Assembly: GCF_000143415.4 (NCBI RefSeq)
Contig: NW_003314305.1
Coordinates: 495,709 to 559,708 of the forward strand
Length of the DNA stretch: 64,000 nt
Source of the DNA: Selaginella moellendorffii
Lineage: Eukaryota; Plantae; Lycopodiophyta
Direction of reading: 5' to 3'
The translations under genes were made by a program, and so were the position numbers. The notes under the pieces were generated by a model. It searched no databases. It was not told the origin of the DNA and saw nothing but the letters and a program-made list of their open reading frames with translations. Shown here in pieces: positions 1-11,869 of this stretch (the first letter of the stretch is position 1; each line of letters begins with the position of its first letter).

Positions 1-1312
1 CCACGATGAGCGAAGCTTTCACCTCCTTGGCCGTCTGGACCGCCGTGGAAGCCAGGCTCTCGAGCGGGCTGAGCGGCAGTAGCGATTGATCCATGATCGC
101 CTTGAAGATGGCCGGGTAGTCGAGCGAGTTCTCGGCCTCGACGCAGATCTTGGCCATGGTTGCTACCGCGAGCTCCGGATAGAGCCCCGCGGCGGTCTCA
201 CCGCTGAGCATCACCGCGTCGGTGCCGTCGAGGACTGCGTTGGCGACGTCCGTGGCCTCGGCTCTCGTGGGTCTCGGGCACTTGATCATGGATTCTAGCA
301 TCTGCGTCGCGGTGATCACGGGCTTTCCAGCGGCGTTGCACTTGTAGATCATCATCTTCTGCGCCAGGAAGATCTTCTCCGTTGGGATCTCCATGCCGAG
401 ATCGCCCCTGGCCACCATGATCGCGTCCGACTCACGGAGGATCTCGTCGAAGTTCACCAGTCCTTCCTGGTTCTCGATCTAAACTTCCAAGAGATCATGT
501 AAGAAAAACTATGATCCATCAAGAGAAACGAAAGAAAAAGCTAACCTTGGAGATGATCTGGATTGTTCTTGCCGCGGTGGGGTGATGATCGCTCAAGAGC
601 TTCCTCACGTTGATCAGATCCTGGGCCTTGCGGACGAAGGAGAGAGCGATGAAATCGATGCTATTGGGAATGCCCCACTCCAGGATGTCCTTCACGTCCT
701 TCTCGGTCACGGTTGGAAGATCCACGACGACGCCTGGGAGATTGACGTTCTTCCTCTCGCCAAGAACAGCCGTGTTCTCGCAGCGGCACACGATCGTCCC
801 GGCGCTTGGATCGCAGGAGACCACCGTGAACGTGATCGTGCCGTCGGCGCAGAGGATCACGTTCCCTGGAGCTAGATCCTCCGCGAGCCGCTTGTAGCTC
901 ATCGCGATCGTCGTCTCGTTGCCCTGGATGCTGTAGTCCGTGGTGATCGTGATGACATTCCCCTCTTTCAGCTGGATTGGAGCTCCATCCTTGAGCATTC
1001 CAGTGCGAATCTCTGGCCCCTGGAGGAACGACTCAAGGAAAAAGATTTCCGAGATCCATCGCTCACCTTCGTGTCGAGCATCACGGCGCACAGGATCTTC
1101 GTGCTGGCCATCGCCGCGCGGAGATTGCTGACCGTTTCGCGGTGGTAGTCGTGAGATCCGTGCGAGAAATTGAAGCGCGCCACATTCATGCCGGCGCGCA
1201 GGAGATTCTCGAGAATGGGGATCTCGCGAGACTTGGGGCCTAGCGTGCACACGATCTTCGTCTTGGCCAGTGACGCGCGATCGCTGCTGCTAGAGCGAAA
1301 GATTCCTTCCAT
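1..1312 (-). CDS. PK: Pyruvate kinase (cytosolic type), 3' end outside window; exons 1312-1067, 1019-546, 478-<1
   Basis: [23 protein letters not shown]|[26 protein letters not shown]|[37 protein letters not shown] motifs; GT-AG introns at 1066-1020 and 545-479. Confidence 0.96.
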
Positions 1313-1496
1313 CGCCCCCTTTCTCCTGCCCTAAATTCCTTAAACCCTAAACCCCCAATGCAAGATTTTGTGTGAATATTCTGGTAAGTTAACGCCTCTC
1401 TTAACAGGTAACTTTTGTGTAACTTTTATAACTCCAACAACATAAAAGGTTAAACATGTTTATATATAACCTTGTTAAGGGCCCTAATAGCTTGAC

Positions 1497-2099
1497 ATGT
1501 TGAGTAAGACTATTGCGTGGGTTTTGAGGCATGGTGCTGTCAAAATGGATTTGAAGATTCGCAGCGACGGATATTGCAATATCAAGGATTTGCTAGAGTT
1601 GGACGTGAAAGCTAGCGATGGAATCCCGCTCGCTTCATTCACAGTAGCCGACGTGATCAACATGGTAGCCTGCGATCCAAAGCAGAGATTCTCAACTATC
1701 GAGGAGGACGACGGCCAAGTTTACATACGGGCCAACCAAGGTCATACCATGGATGTTGTGCAGACAACGGAGCTGCTAAGGGAGATCAAGTCCGCCGACG
1801 AAGTGCCTGTGTGCGTCCACGGCACCTTTCGAAACAACTTTAGGGGGATTCGCAAAACGGGTCTCAAGCGAATGAAGAGGAACCATATACACTTTGCGAC
1901 GGGTTTGCCTCAAGACGGTGTGATAAGTGGGATGAGGAGCAACTGTGAGGTGCTCATATACTTGGATTTGGCCAAAGCCATGAAGGATGGCATGAAGTTC
2001 TTCATGTCCGAAAACGGGGTTGTGCTCACTGAAGGCTTCGATGGTGTAGTTCCTCGTGAGTACTTTGAGAAAATTGTGTACGTCACAACGGAAGAATAG
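1497..2099 (+). CDS. TPT1: tRNA 2'-phosphotransferase (Tpt1/KptA family), single exon
   Basis: LRH, KQRF, IRANQGH, HGT, MKRNHIHF, GMR, NGVVLT motifs; Arg-His-Arg-Arg catalytic tetrad present. Confidence 0.92.
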   Translation: MLSKTIAWVLRHGAVKMDLKIRSDGYCNIKDLLELDVKASDGIPLASFTVADVINMVACDPKQRFSTIEEDDGQVYIRANQGHTMDVVQTTELLREIKSADEVPVCVHGTFRNNFRGIRKTGLKRMKRNHIHFATGLPQDGVISGMRSNCEVLIYLDLAKAMKDGMKFFMSENGVVLTEGFDGVVPREYFEKIVYVTTEE

Positions 2100-2209
2100 T
2101 GTATAAATCGAATTAGTAAATCAATGTATTGTTGTGCCTTTGATCAAATCCGGGACACGGTTTAGTGAAACTCTAATGCCCAAAACGGGCAAATTGAGAG
2201 CTCGGCCCT

Positions 2210-2345
2210 CTGTTTTTTGCGAGATGCCAGAATACAACTTGGTGTCATGGAATGTAATGCTTAATCTCTAGGTTCCATAGAAGACACGAAGAAAACGTTT
2301 GATCAAGTCCCAGAGAAAAACTTGATCACATAGATTGCTATGATA
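2210..2345 (+). pseudogene. Degenerate PPR repeat remnant
   Basis: Broken frames give FCEMPEYNLVSWNVML and GSIEDTKKTFDQVPEKNLIT*IAMI. Confidence 0.6.
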
Positions 2346-3100
2346 TACCGAATCATTCTATGCCGAAGTTTTTCACATTTAGGTTGTTTAGAAGACGCTG
2401 ACAACGCATTTTCAGCAGAATAATGCTTGAAGACTCTGTGGTGCATTCCATGTAAGAGCAATGTTAGTATGCCATGGAGACGAAAATATCGTGAAGAGGG
2501 TCTTGAGAGTCTACTTGAGAGGTCTCAAAACTTCCAATTACCAAAGGCACGAACACCACCGTGTAGTCTCCCCCGGGATTGCAAGTGGGGATCATCCTTC
2601 ACTGATCTCACTGCTCCAAGCCGATCCGGCACTCGATCCCGCTCGGAGCCGGGCTTCCATTTCGAATGCATCCTCCTCCGCTGTGATTCACCGCCACTCC
2701 AACGTCGAAACCATCCACCAGGCTTATATCCATTGTGTCCTTGCCGTTCTTGGCCACTGTAAACTCGGCCAAGCTCAATGGACCAGGAGGATTGAGTAGA
2801 ATTCTTCCTCATAGCTGGACCGCTACTTGGACGGCTCGAGGAAGACACCCTCCTTTCATGTGAATTCCACTATTGCGGAGAACTGGCATTCGTTTACTAC
2901 ACCATGTCTGGACGAAAGCCATCTCTGGTAAAAAAAACTAAAGAGAACGTAAGATGGAAGTACCTGAGAAGAAGAGCGATAGTAGAGCAGCTAGAGCAGC
3001 AAGTTTTGCGGCTGCTGCTCCCATCTCTAGCGCTCGCTCTCGCTCAGCGCGTAGTAAAGTTTACGAAATGGGAGAGCTCTATATACAAACTGTTCACGCA

Positions 3101-3733
3101 TCACGACGGCCATTCTTGGTTTGCGACAAGCGTAGCGTCTCTACTCCTGGATTCCACTCCGCGAGTGCCTGTAATGGTAGTCCAAGTTACTTCGTTTGCT
3201 TCAAAGTTCCAGCGCTTCGTCATACCTTGACCCAGCGCGAGAGTTTCTTCCCGCTGGTTTGCTCTGCTGAGAAGATCGACAACGCAGTGGAAGTGTTCCT
3301 CTTCGGGGATGAGGCCGTATCTGGATGGCATTTCGTGGAAGAACTTCTTCCCTGCCTCGACGAAACCAGCATGGCTGCAAATGGTTAGAACTGCGAGAGC
3401 TGTGATACCATTCGGTTTAATGCCAGAGTTTACCATCTCGCGAAACAGCGTCAGCGCTTGGCTTGCGTCCCCTTGCCTGCTGTATCCGGCGATCAGCGCA
3501 CTCCAGGCCTCGTCACCATCTCCCGCTAGCGAGTCAAATACCTGGAGAGCGGAAACCATGTCTCCAGCGTTGCCGTGAAAGTCAACTAGGGTGGGTCCAC
3601 GGTAGATCAGAGCCTTGACTTCGCTCCCAAGGTCTAGACTGGAAGGAATACTGCTGCTGCAAGCTTTCAGCACCGCGACGTACGTTGATGCGTTTGGTCT
3701 GCAGCCTTCGCGTCTCATCCTGTGGAACAGGAT
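3101..3733 (-). pseudogene. 3' fragment of PLS-class PPR gene (copy of ~7577-8226)
   Basis: Near-identical to the 3' end of the 811-aa PPR, with a small internal deletion; 5' part absent. Confidence 0.88.
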
Positions 3734-4194
3734 GAGACGTAAGATAATCAAAAAGCATTTGTGTTTCAAAATAGAAACTATCCTAAATACAAGTATTAGA
3801 TTGAATTAACTTTATGCAACTGATTTGTGTAATCATGTTTGTATTCGGTATATATACTATAAATGAAGATTAATTGAGTAATTTAAAAACTAATTTTCAA
3901 ATTTGACATATATTAACAATGAGTACAATCTTTAGTATGTAAGTATTTTGCACTGAAATTGATTTGGACCAATACCAAAGTGTCTATTTGAGTGTCCTTT
4001 GGATCAAGGTACTTAAATATTTTAGGAATAGAAAAAGAAATATATGTATAGCAATAAAAGTAAAGTAAATATATTAAAGTATTCCTAGCATAAACTATTA
4101 AAATAAAAGTTAAAGTAAAAGTATAAATCTATTCTAGCACTTTAATATAAAAATCTCAATTTTAAAGCTTAATAATATAACTTTTTTTAACATA

Positions 4195-5070
4195 ATGTTT
4201 TTCAAAATTAAGATTTTAATTTTAATAATTTTGATTTTTTTAAAATTTTATTTTATATATGCAGCACAATATCATACATCATTTGGAAACCTTAGAATTT
4301 TAAATTCACATGATATTGCACAAATAATTGCAACTTGTTATAAATTAATAAATAAATTAGAAATTGCATATACATATCCGGCAAGTTATAGTGATAGTAT
4401 AGAAATATCCACATCAAAAGGAATTGTTAATTTAATTATTAAAGCTAAAAAAGATTGTTCTGATAAAACAACATTCTATGGTGAAAGTATAATAAAAGGT
4501 TTTGAAAATATTTTACATAATAACTTCAATGATATACATATAAATCTTTCAAATTTTTTTAAAAGTGAGACTATAAATTTTATGATACAATATAGTTTAA
4601 TTAAGGATACAGAACTTTATTTACAAAATTATTATCCAAAATTTCAATTTCCTTATAATAAATTATATTCCTTTTGCTATTTTGATGTAAGTAGTCTTTA
4701 TTTTACCAAATCAATACTTTATACTAGTAATTTTTTAGTTTCTTCAAATACTAAAAATGTCTTAATTTTGGAATCAAATTGTAATCTTAAGTTGTATTCA
4801 AAACTCTATGTGATTTGGGAGATAAATATATCTAAAAATAATTTATATAATTGTATTTTAGTTTTACAAAACGATGGCAATCTAGTTTTATATCATGGTA
4901 AAAGTGTTTTATGGGCTACTAACACATATTGCTTAAAACAACCATTTTGTTTGCTACCAACAATATTTTCTATTCAAAATAATTGTAATATGGTTCTCTA
5001 TGAAACTAAATATCCAAATAAAATTTTATGGGCATCAGAAACTTCAAATCATGTTTTATGTTCTTTATAA
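4195..5070 (+). CDS. Secreted bulb-type (GNA-related) mannose-binding lectin with uncharacterised N-terminal domain
   Basis: Hydrophobic signal peptide; three B-lectin subdomains LILESNCNLKLY..W, LVLQNDGNLVLY..LWAT (intact QxDxNxVxY), IQNNCNMVLY..LWAS. Confidence 0.75.
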   Translation: MFFKIKILILIILIFLKFYFIYAAQYHTSFGNLRILNSHDIAQIIATCYKLINKLEIAYTYPASYSDSIEISTSKGIVNLIIKAKKDCSDKTTFYGESIIKGFENILHNNFNDIHINLSNFFKSETINFMIQYSLIKDTELYLQNYYPKFQFPYNKLYSFCYFDVSSLYFTKSILYTSNFLVSSNTKNVLILESNCNLKLYSKLYVIWEINISKNNLYNCILVLQNDGNLVLYHGKSVLWATNTYCLKQPFCLLPTIFSIQNNCNMVLYETKYPNKILWASETSNHVLCSL

Positions 5071-7099
5071 TAATAAAATATACAATTATTATTATCTTAT
5101 ATTTTAATTATTAAATAATAATAATAATAATTACTCCTCCAAGTTTTTTTCTTCGTTTTTTTCATGCAGATAAATATGACAAATGGAAATTGTTTGGAGG
5201 AGGTATACCTAGGGTGGGTAGTATGGCAAAAAATTATACAAAATTGCAAATTATATAAAATAAAAATGCATGTGTGTTTGAATTATTGTAATATACATAT
5301 ATGACTCACAAAATAATATTTTAAACACAAATTGTTTTTTAAAGATATAGATATGCATTAGTGTTGCCACATATGTATAGCAAGATCATGCAATTTTTTG
5401 TGTTGCATAAATTTTGACTCACATCAGATTTTATGATATATTAGACTTTGGGTTAGGGTTTGCGAGTGTGATTGCAAATTTTGAGTTCTTTTTGGATATT
5501 GTAGGATAAAGTTGCCATTGGTATGTGGTTGAAGCACTTTTGTGACTATGTCAGCAAAATGATATAAGCCTTTAAGCCCAGAAAATTAGTAAATTGCCAC
5601 ATTATAGTTATGTTCTAGATGTGCATTATTCATACGAATGCAAAACTCATTGGCCATGTAAAGAATTTAGAATGAAAAACATATACATTAATGTGTACAT
5701 TGAAAAAAAATGGATACAAATTGTTTATTTACTTAAGTGCAAATGTTATATTGCAATACTCCTCACTCCTAAACACAATCACTGCAAAAACCATAAAGTT
5801 AAAACAAAAATTTAAAAATTTAAGAAAGAAAGGTTTATATTATTCCTTTGCAACACACTTAAGCATAATAAACCATTATAATGCCAAAAACCTACACACA
5901 TGATTAGAAACACCAAAAATTGAAGCAAAACTAAATTACTACAACATGATTCACTTGCTTATTAAAAAGCCATCATACTTAACACCCTAAACACCCAAAG
6001 AAAAGATTTATGCTTGCCTTTCCACTCCAATTGATTGTGTTCATTTTCGTGTCAATCAATCACTACCTAGATTAATGCATCACATTGCAAACAAGTTGCA
6101 AAAAATAAAAGGCATTTGTAAGAGCAATCAAAATATAGTGCTTATATTAGAGCATACTAAAATTGAAATAAGCCTCCAAGTGGCAAAAGATAAAGTATAG
6201 TTGCACAAAATGAGAGGTAAATAGTGTGCTTACAAAGGAGGAGAGAAATTGTCATAATCAGGAGATTATAAACTTCTATTTAATGACACAAAAATAAAGA
6301 GAAAAAAACCTCACTAAATTTATAATGATGTTATGTTGTATGAGATGACATGGCATCAATCTTGCATGGCAATCTGAGGTGTCATACCCCATGCATACAT
6401 GGCATATTCCATGATAATGCACATAATCAAGTTTTGATCATTTATATAACAATTTAAAAGTGATTGTGTGCATAATATTTTTGCAACTTTTCCATGATTT
6501 GTCCTTGATCTATGGCAATGAATATGCATGCATTATATATTTACACATGTGCAGATTAATTTTTTTTGTTTTAAGTTCACTCTCTTGACATCTACCAACT
6601 TATAATAAATAAGTTTTTTTAGAGCTAAACAGAATAATATTGACTAAATTTCTTGTCTAATAGACAATTTATCATACTGACCTTTTTCGTGTATTAAATA
6701 GTACCTCCCTCCAAAATAAATTTTAGATGAAAAATCATTTATCCTCTTTTAGCTCTCTTCTCAATAGCTGCAGCAGTAGACTGATTAATAAGGATTTGAA
6801 TGTTTAATATAACAAGGAAAATCTCAAGACTTCAAATCCACTGCCACTTGATATATTCTTAGAATATTCATTATTTTTATCATAAAACTATACACACTTT
6901 GGGCAAATGAAAAGAAGAATGACTTGTGTTGTTGTGTTATTGACAATAAGTAGTTGTCATGCTATTGTGTTAAATTTTTTAACTTTGCATTTGCAAACCC
7001 AAATGGTTATTTAAGGCATCAAGCTGTAACATTAACAAAAGAGAAGCTGGAACTCTGCAGATTTAAACTTCACCTTTTCAGGTCTCAAGCTAATGTAGA

Positions 7100-7262
7100 G
7101 GAACCATATACACTTTGCAACGGATTTGCCTCAAGCAAATGGAGGTGCTCATATACTTGGATTTGGCCAAAGCCATGAAGGATTCTTCATGTCCAGAAAC
7201 GACTGAAGGCTTGGACGGTGTAGTTCCTCGTGAGTACTTTGAGAAAATCGTGTTCGTCACAA
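7100..7262 (+). pseudogene. Deleted 3' fragment of Tpt1
   Basis: Matches 1880-2090 (aaccatatacactttgc...tactttgagaaaat) with internal deletions. Confidence 0.85.
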
Positions 7263-7576
7263 AAATGTATTGTATAAATTGAATTAGTAAACTAATGTAT
7301 TCTGCCTTTGATCGAATGCGGGACACGGTTTAGTGAGATTCTATGCTACATGAACAAAATGTTTGATCACCAAGAGTGGGTATTTAGAAGAAACTGAACA
7401 TATATTTAATTCTATGCTAGGCTATGCTAGCAAGTTTTTCTTGTTGTTTAGAAGACGCTGACAAAAAATAAAAAATAAAAAAATAAAATCGCATTTTCAG
7501 CAGAATTTGTCCGACATAATGCTTGAAGACTCTGAAGACTGGGAGACATGAAACGAAACGGGAGAGCTTTCATGCA

Positions 7577-10012
7577 TCACAACGGCCATTCTTGCTCCGC
7601 GACAAGCGTAGCGTCTCCACTCCTGGATTCCACTCCGCGAGTGCCTGTAATGGTAGTCCAAGTTACCTCGTTAGCTTCAAAGTTCCAGCTCTTCGTCATA
7701 CCTTGAACCAGCGCGAGAGTTTCTTCCCGCTGGTTTGCTCTGCTGAGAAGATCGACAACGCAGTGGAAGTGTTCCACTTCGGGGACGATGCCGTATCTGG
7801 ATGGCATTTCGTGGAAGAACTTCTTCCCTGCCTCGACGAAACCAGCATGGCTGCAGCTGGTTAGAACTGCGAGAGCTGTGATACCATTCGGTTTGATGCC
7901 AGAGTTTACCATCTCGTGAAACAGCGTCAGCGCTTGGCTTGCGTCCCCTTGCCTGCTGTATCCGGCGATCAGCGCACTCCAGGCCTCGTCACCATCTCCC
8001 GGTAGGGAGTCAAATACCTGGCGAGCGGAAACCATGTCTCCCGCTTTGCCGTGAAAGTCAACCAGGGATCCAGCCAAAACTCCATCTTCCTCAAAGCCTC
8101 CACGGTAGATCAGAGCCTTGACTTCGCTCCCAAGGTCTAGACTGGAAGGAATACTGCTGCTGCAAGCTTTCAGCACCGCGACGTACGTTGATGCGTTTGG
8201 TCGGCAGCCTTCGCGTCTCATCCTGTGGAACAGCCTCAAAGCTCGTCTAGCATCGCCATTCTCCGCGAAGCCCAGGATCAAAACGTTCCACGAGACCACG
8301 TTGCGAAGCTGGCCGGTATTGCTCGAGAAAACTTTGCTGGAATCCGCCAGACTCCCACACTTGGCGTACGCATCGATCAAGCTGCTCGTCATGTAAGCGT
8401 CCCACTCGGACGCTTCCAACTTCGTCACAGCTTCACAATGAACAGCCATGGTGATTTCCAATGCTCTCATTCGATCGCTTTCCTTGTTCTTAGCTGCGAG
8501 ACTGCCGCAAGCCTTGAAAGCCGCAACGACTGTCAAGCTCGTTGGAGAAACACCTTCGCACAAGAGAGCCTCAAACAGCTCTAGAGCAGCCTCACTTTCG
8601 TCGTTCTGTGCGTATCCCGAGATCACTGCGTTCCAGATAACAACGTCGCGATGCTTCACACGGTCGAAAACTCTGCGAGAATCGGCCATGCTCCCACACT
8701 TCCCATACATGTCGACCAAGCAGTTTGCCACGTACAAGTCTTCCAGATCAAAGCCTCGCTCTGATACCAGAGAATGTACCGCCATTCCTGCTTCCAGCGA
8801 ACTCAGCTTCACGATCTTCCCATCGACTTGCCTTCCCTGTTCTTGAGTCGAGAGGGTACAACAAGCCTTAAGCGCAGCCACCAAAGTCAGCCTGTCCTGT
8901 ACGCAGCACCGAGAGTGTAGCAAATCTCCAAAGAGTTGAAGGGCCATCTTTCCCTCATCGTTCTCAGAATAGCCCAGGATGATCGTGTTCCAGGAAACCA
9001 CATCCCGGCGCTGCATCTTATCGAAAACTCTCCTCGCATCCACCATGCTTCCACAGTTTGCGTACATGTTGAGAAGAGCGTTGGCCACGAATATATTTGA
9101 GTCACATCCCAGTCTCTCGGCCGTGCCGTGGATCGCCACACCCGTGACTAGAAACCTGAGCTTCTCCTGTGGATTCCGAGCTTCTTCCTTGGCTGCGAGA
9201 TTGCTACAGGCCTTGAGAGCAGCAACAACACTCCAGCTATCGAGTTGACAGCCTCGGGACGACACCATCTTCGTAAACATCTCGAGAGCTAGCTCCTCGC
9301 TCTCACCACCCTGTGCGTAGCCGAGCATCAAAACGTTCCACGAGACCACATCCCGACTTTTCATCCTGTCGAAAACCTCTTGAGCAAGCACCATGCTCCG
9401 GCACTTCACGTACATGTCGATGAGAGCATTCCCCACGTAGCCGTTGCGATGGATAGCATCTATTCCCATCCCAGCCTCGGCTTGACGATGAACTTCTATG
9501 CCTCGTTGCAGCGAAAAAACTTTCACCATCCTCCCATCAACTTTCCGGCCTTCTTCGGCAGCTGCGAGAGTGGAGCACGCAGCGAGCGCAGCGGCAAAAG
9601 TTCGTGAGTTTGCTCCGCAGCACTGTTGCATCGATCGAAAGAGCTGCAAGGCCACCTCGGCCTCGCCATTCTCCGCATAGCCCAAGATCAAAGCGTTCCA
9701 GCACACTGCGTCGGGGCGAGGAATCCTGTCGAAGGCCTGCTGTGCTTCCACCACGCTACCACACTTCATGTACATCGCCACCAAGCTACTGGCTACGTGA
9801 GAGTCCGAATCCACACCACTTTCTCTCGCGTTCGCGTGGATTTGCCGGCCACTTTCGACGTCTCTAGCTCTGGAGCACGACTTTAGCGCCGCGAGGCAAG
9901 CGCTTCTCTCGAGCTGATGAGCGTTGCCGGTAGTACCATAAGTTCTCGTATCGCCTGTGAGAACTTTAGGATCCAGCGACGTCCTGGACAGCATAGCGAA
10001 TGGTTTTGTCAC
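7577..10012 (-). CDS. PLS-class pentatricopeptide repeat protein with truncated E domain
   Basis: 811-aa ORF with repeated MY.KCG..A..VFD.M..RDVVSWN.LI.GYA units; ends HFHCVVDLLSRA...ANEVTWTTI; true start may be an upstream exon or an internal ATG. Confidence 0.92.
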   Translation of the reverse strand: MTKPFAMLSRTSLDPKVLTGDTRTYGTTGNAHQLERSACLAALKSCSRARDVESGRQIHANARESGVDSDSHVASSLVAMYMKCGSVVEAQQAFDRIPRPDAVCWNALILGYAENGEAEVALQLFRSMQQCCGANSRTFAAALAACSTLAAAEEGRKVDGRMVKVFSLQRGIEVHRQAEAGMGIDAIHRNGYVGNALIDMYVKCRSMVLAQEVFDRMKSRDVVSWNVLMLGYAQGGESEELALEMFTKMVSSRGCQLDSWSVVAALKACSNLAAKEEARNPQEKLRFLVTGVAIHGTAERLGCDSNIFVANALLNMYANCGSMVDARRVFDKMQRRDVVSWNTIILGYSENDEGKMALQLFGDLLHSRCCVQDRLTLVAALKACCTLSTQEQGRQVDGKIVKLSSLEAGMAVHSLVSERGFDLEDLYVANCLVDMYGKCGSMADSRRVFDRVKHRDVVIWNAVISGYAQNDESEAALELFEALLCEGVSPTSLTVVAAFKACGSLAAKNKESDRMRALEITMAVHCEAVTKLEASEWDAYMTSSLIDAYAKCGSLADSSKVFSSNTGQLRNVVSWNVLILGFAENGDARRALRLFHRMRREGCRPNASTYVAVLKACSSSIPSSLDLGSEVKALIYRGGFEEDGVLAGSLVDFHGKAGDMVSARQVFDSLPGDGDEAWSALIAGYSRQGDASQALTLFHEMVNSGIKPNGITALAVLTSCSHAGFVEAGKKFFHEMPSRYGIVPEVEHFHCVVDLLSRANQREETLALVQGMTKSWNFEANEVTWTTITGTRGVESRSGDATLVAEQEWPL

Positions 10013-10366
10013 TAGGATAAAAAATGTTTGGCTCTACCTTCCAGCATCAAAGCATTCGAAATTCTTCCTTCGTTGATTCGAGACATCGTGAAGAGAGTGT
10101 TTGCTCCTGTTCTTTCCATCCCGTTTGTTCTAGAGTTTGGCAATCCCCGATGATAGAAATCATGTCCTGAACTCCGTCCTACATTGCCGAGAATCTCATT
10201 CTAGCAGCTTACCGGATCGGCCAGGGCGAAGCAGCGCCCTCGCGCGCGAGATGCGATGCGATGATAAACCCTAGAATTTATTTGGAATCAATGAGCTTTG
10301 AATACTTTTATTGCGCATTGCCAGAGTTGACTCTGTATTGACTTGCATTGACTAGGTGGGCTCATC

Positions 10367-11654
10367 TTATTTGGGTGGGAAGAAGATGGCGTCGTTTGTC
10401 CTGCGAGGCCGCAGCTCCTTCTCAACTCCATCTTCCACGTTAAAAGCCGCGCAAATCGTTTTGGGCGACAAGCTCTTGATCACGCCAGTTCTTCCAGCGA
10501 GATGAGAGAACACTGGCCTGTTTTTCCAGCAAAAAATTGGGTCGATCAGAACCTCTGAAGGAAAAGAAGAGAACTTACTTCTCGGTGGTGATGATCGAGA
10601 ACCATTCCATTCCATTTTCTCCTGCTCGCTTTGAGACGACGTGGAATCGTGGGACGATAAACAGGCAGCCGGGCTCCAGCATATGATCAATAACTCTCTC
10701 GCCATTTTGGTTCACGACTTGGACTCGACCGCTTCCACGGACAATGTAAGTGACTTGGTACGCGGAGTCGGGCTGGCGAGCACATCGCATGCTGCAAGAA
10801 ATTCACGAATGTGATTATAAGATCCAAGTGATCAGCTAAAACTTACCGGATCAAGCTTGACGAGATCAGCACCAAGACCGACGTGCTTGAAGATCGGCAA
10901 GCTATCGCTGGAAACAACGGAAACTCTGCCTCCGTTTTTTATATCCACGTCGAGCTTTGCCTCCTCGCAGTTGTAAGCAAACTCTCCATAGGGAGAGTTG
11001 CTCAAATCGGTTGTCTCCGGTATACAAATGCCTTCCTTGAGCAAAACAATCCTCTCCTCCTTCTGGCTATGGAGCAAAGTATTCACCGTTTCTTCTGGGA
11101 CATCCCATGCTTGGGCGATGAAGTCCGGAGTATACCTTTGAGAAGTCCACCGCTACCAGGACCGACCAGGAAGAAATCCTACAAGCGGATTGATTTATCA
11201 GTGTGTCACAACAAGACCAAAAAAAGAAAAAAAGAAAATCCAAGAAGAACTTACAGTGAATTCTCCAGCTTTGAGGCTTTTGCTCGTGTCTGCGAGACAC
11301 AAAACACTAAACTTCGAAGTGCCAGAGTTAAACCACCAGTTGACAGTGCCGTGAGGAACAGACGCATCCGCCGGGACTCTCCGCAAAAGTCAGTCCTACT
11401 TTACCATTCCTGGACGAAGACCGGAATTTAGCATGCATGAGAAAAAAATTCACATCCTAGAAAATCAATCGCTTACCTTCGAGCACATAAAAGATCTGAT
11501 TAGAATCGGCGATTTCGGCGACCCCAACCCGAGCTTCCTTCAACATCTTGGAGTGGGCGCTGAGCCAAAACTCGTAATTCCCGCCATCGTTGGCGCAGAA
11601 TCTCGCATTGGGAGATTGTGGCGTGAGATCGACATCCAGATGAGCTGCGGGCAT
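10367..11654 (-). pseudogene. Legumin/glutelin-like bicupin (11S-globulin-like) pseudogene
   Basis: Inverted paralog of 49155-50530 with deletions in exons 1-4, some frameshifting. Confidence 0.88.
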
Positions 11655-11869
11655 CGCAAGAACAAACCATGAAGAGACACAGCTATTCATATAAAGGACG
11701 TCGACAACGGACGGTTGGGATTCCTCGCGACAGCCTTAACCTAACCGCTAAACGTGAATTTAATTACCAAAATGTTCTATAGAATAAGCCACTGTCCTTT
11801 CCGTATTATTTGAAAAATCATATTCCATGATATCGAGCGATCATTTTCTATTCACGTTGTAATCGTATC

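Noticed and set aside
2427-2848. Overlapping 107-112 aa ORFs
   Set aside because: No recognisable motif; lies in rearranged filler between duplicated segments
5130-6720. Stowaway-like/MITE termini (tactcctcc...ggaggaggta; tacctccctcc) in the arm-specific AT-rich block
   Set aside because: Termini short and imperfect; no consistent TIR pair plus TSD could be fixed
7939-9886. Plus-strand ORFs opposite the PPR (and similar antisense ORFs over PK, LOX, gag-pol)
   Set aside because: Shadow ORFs of GC-rich coding sequence
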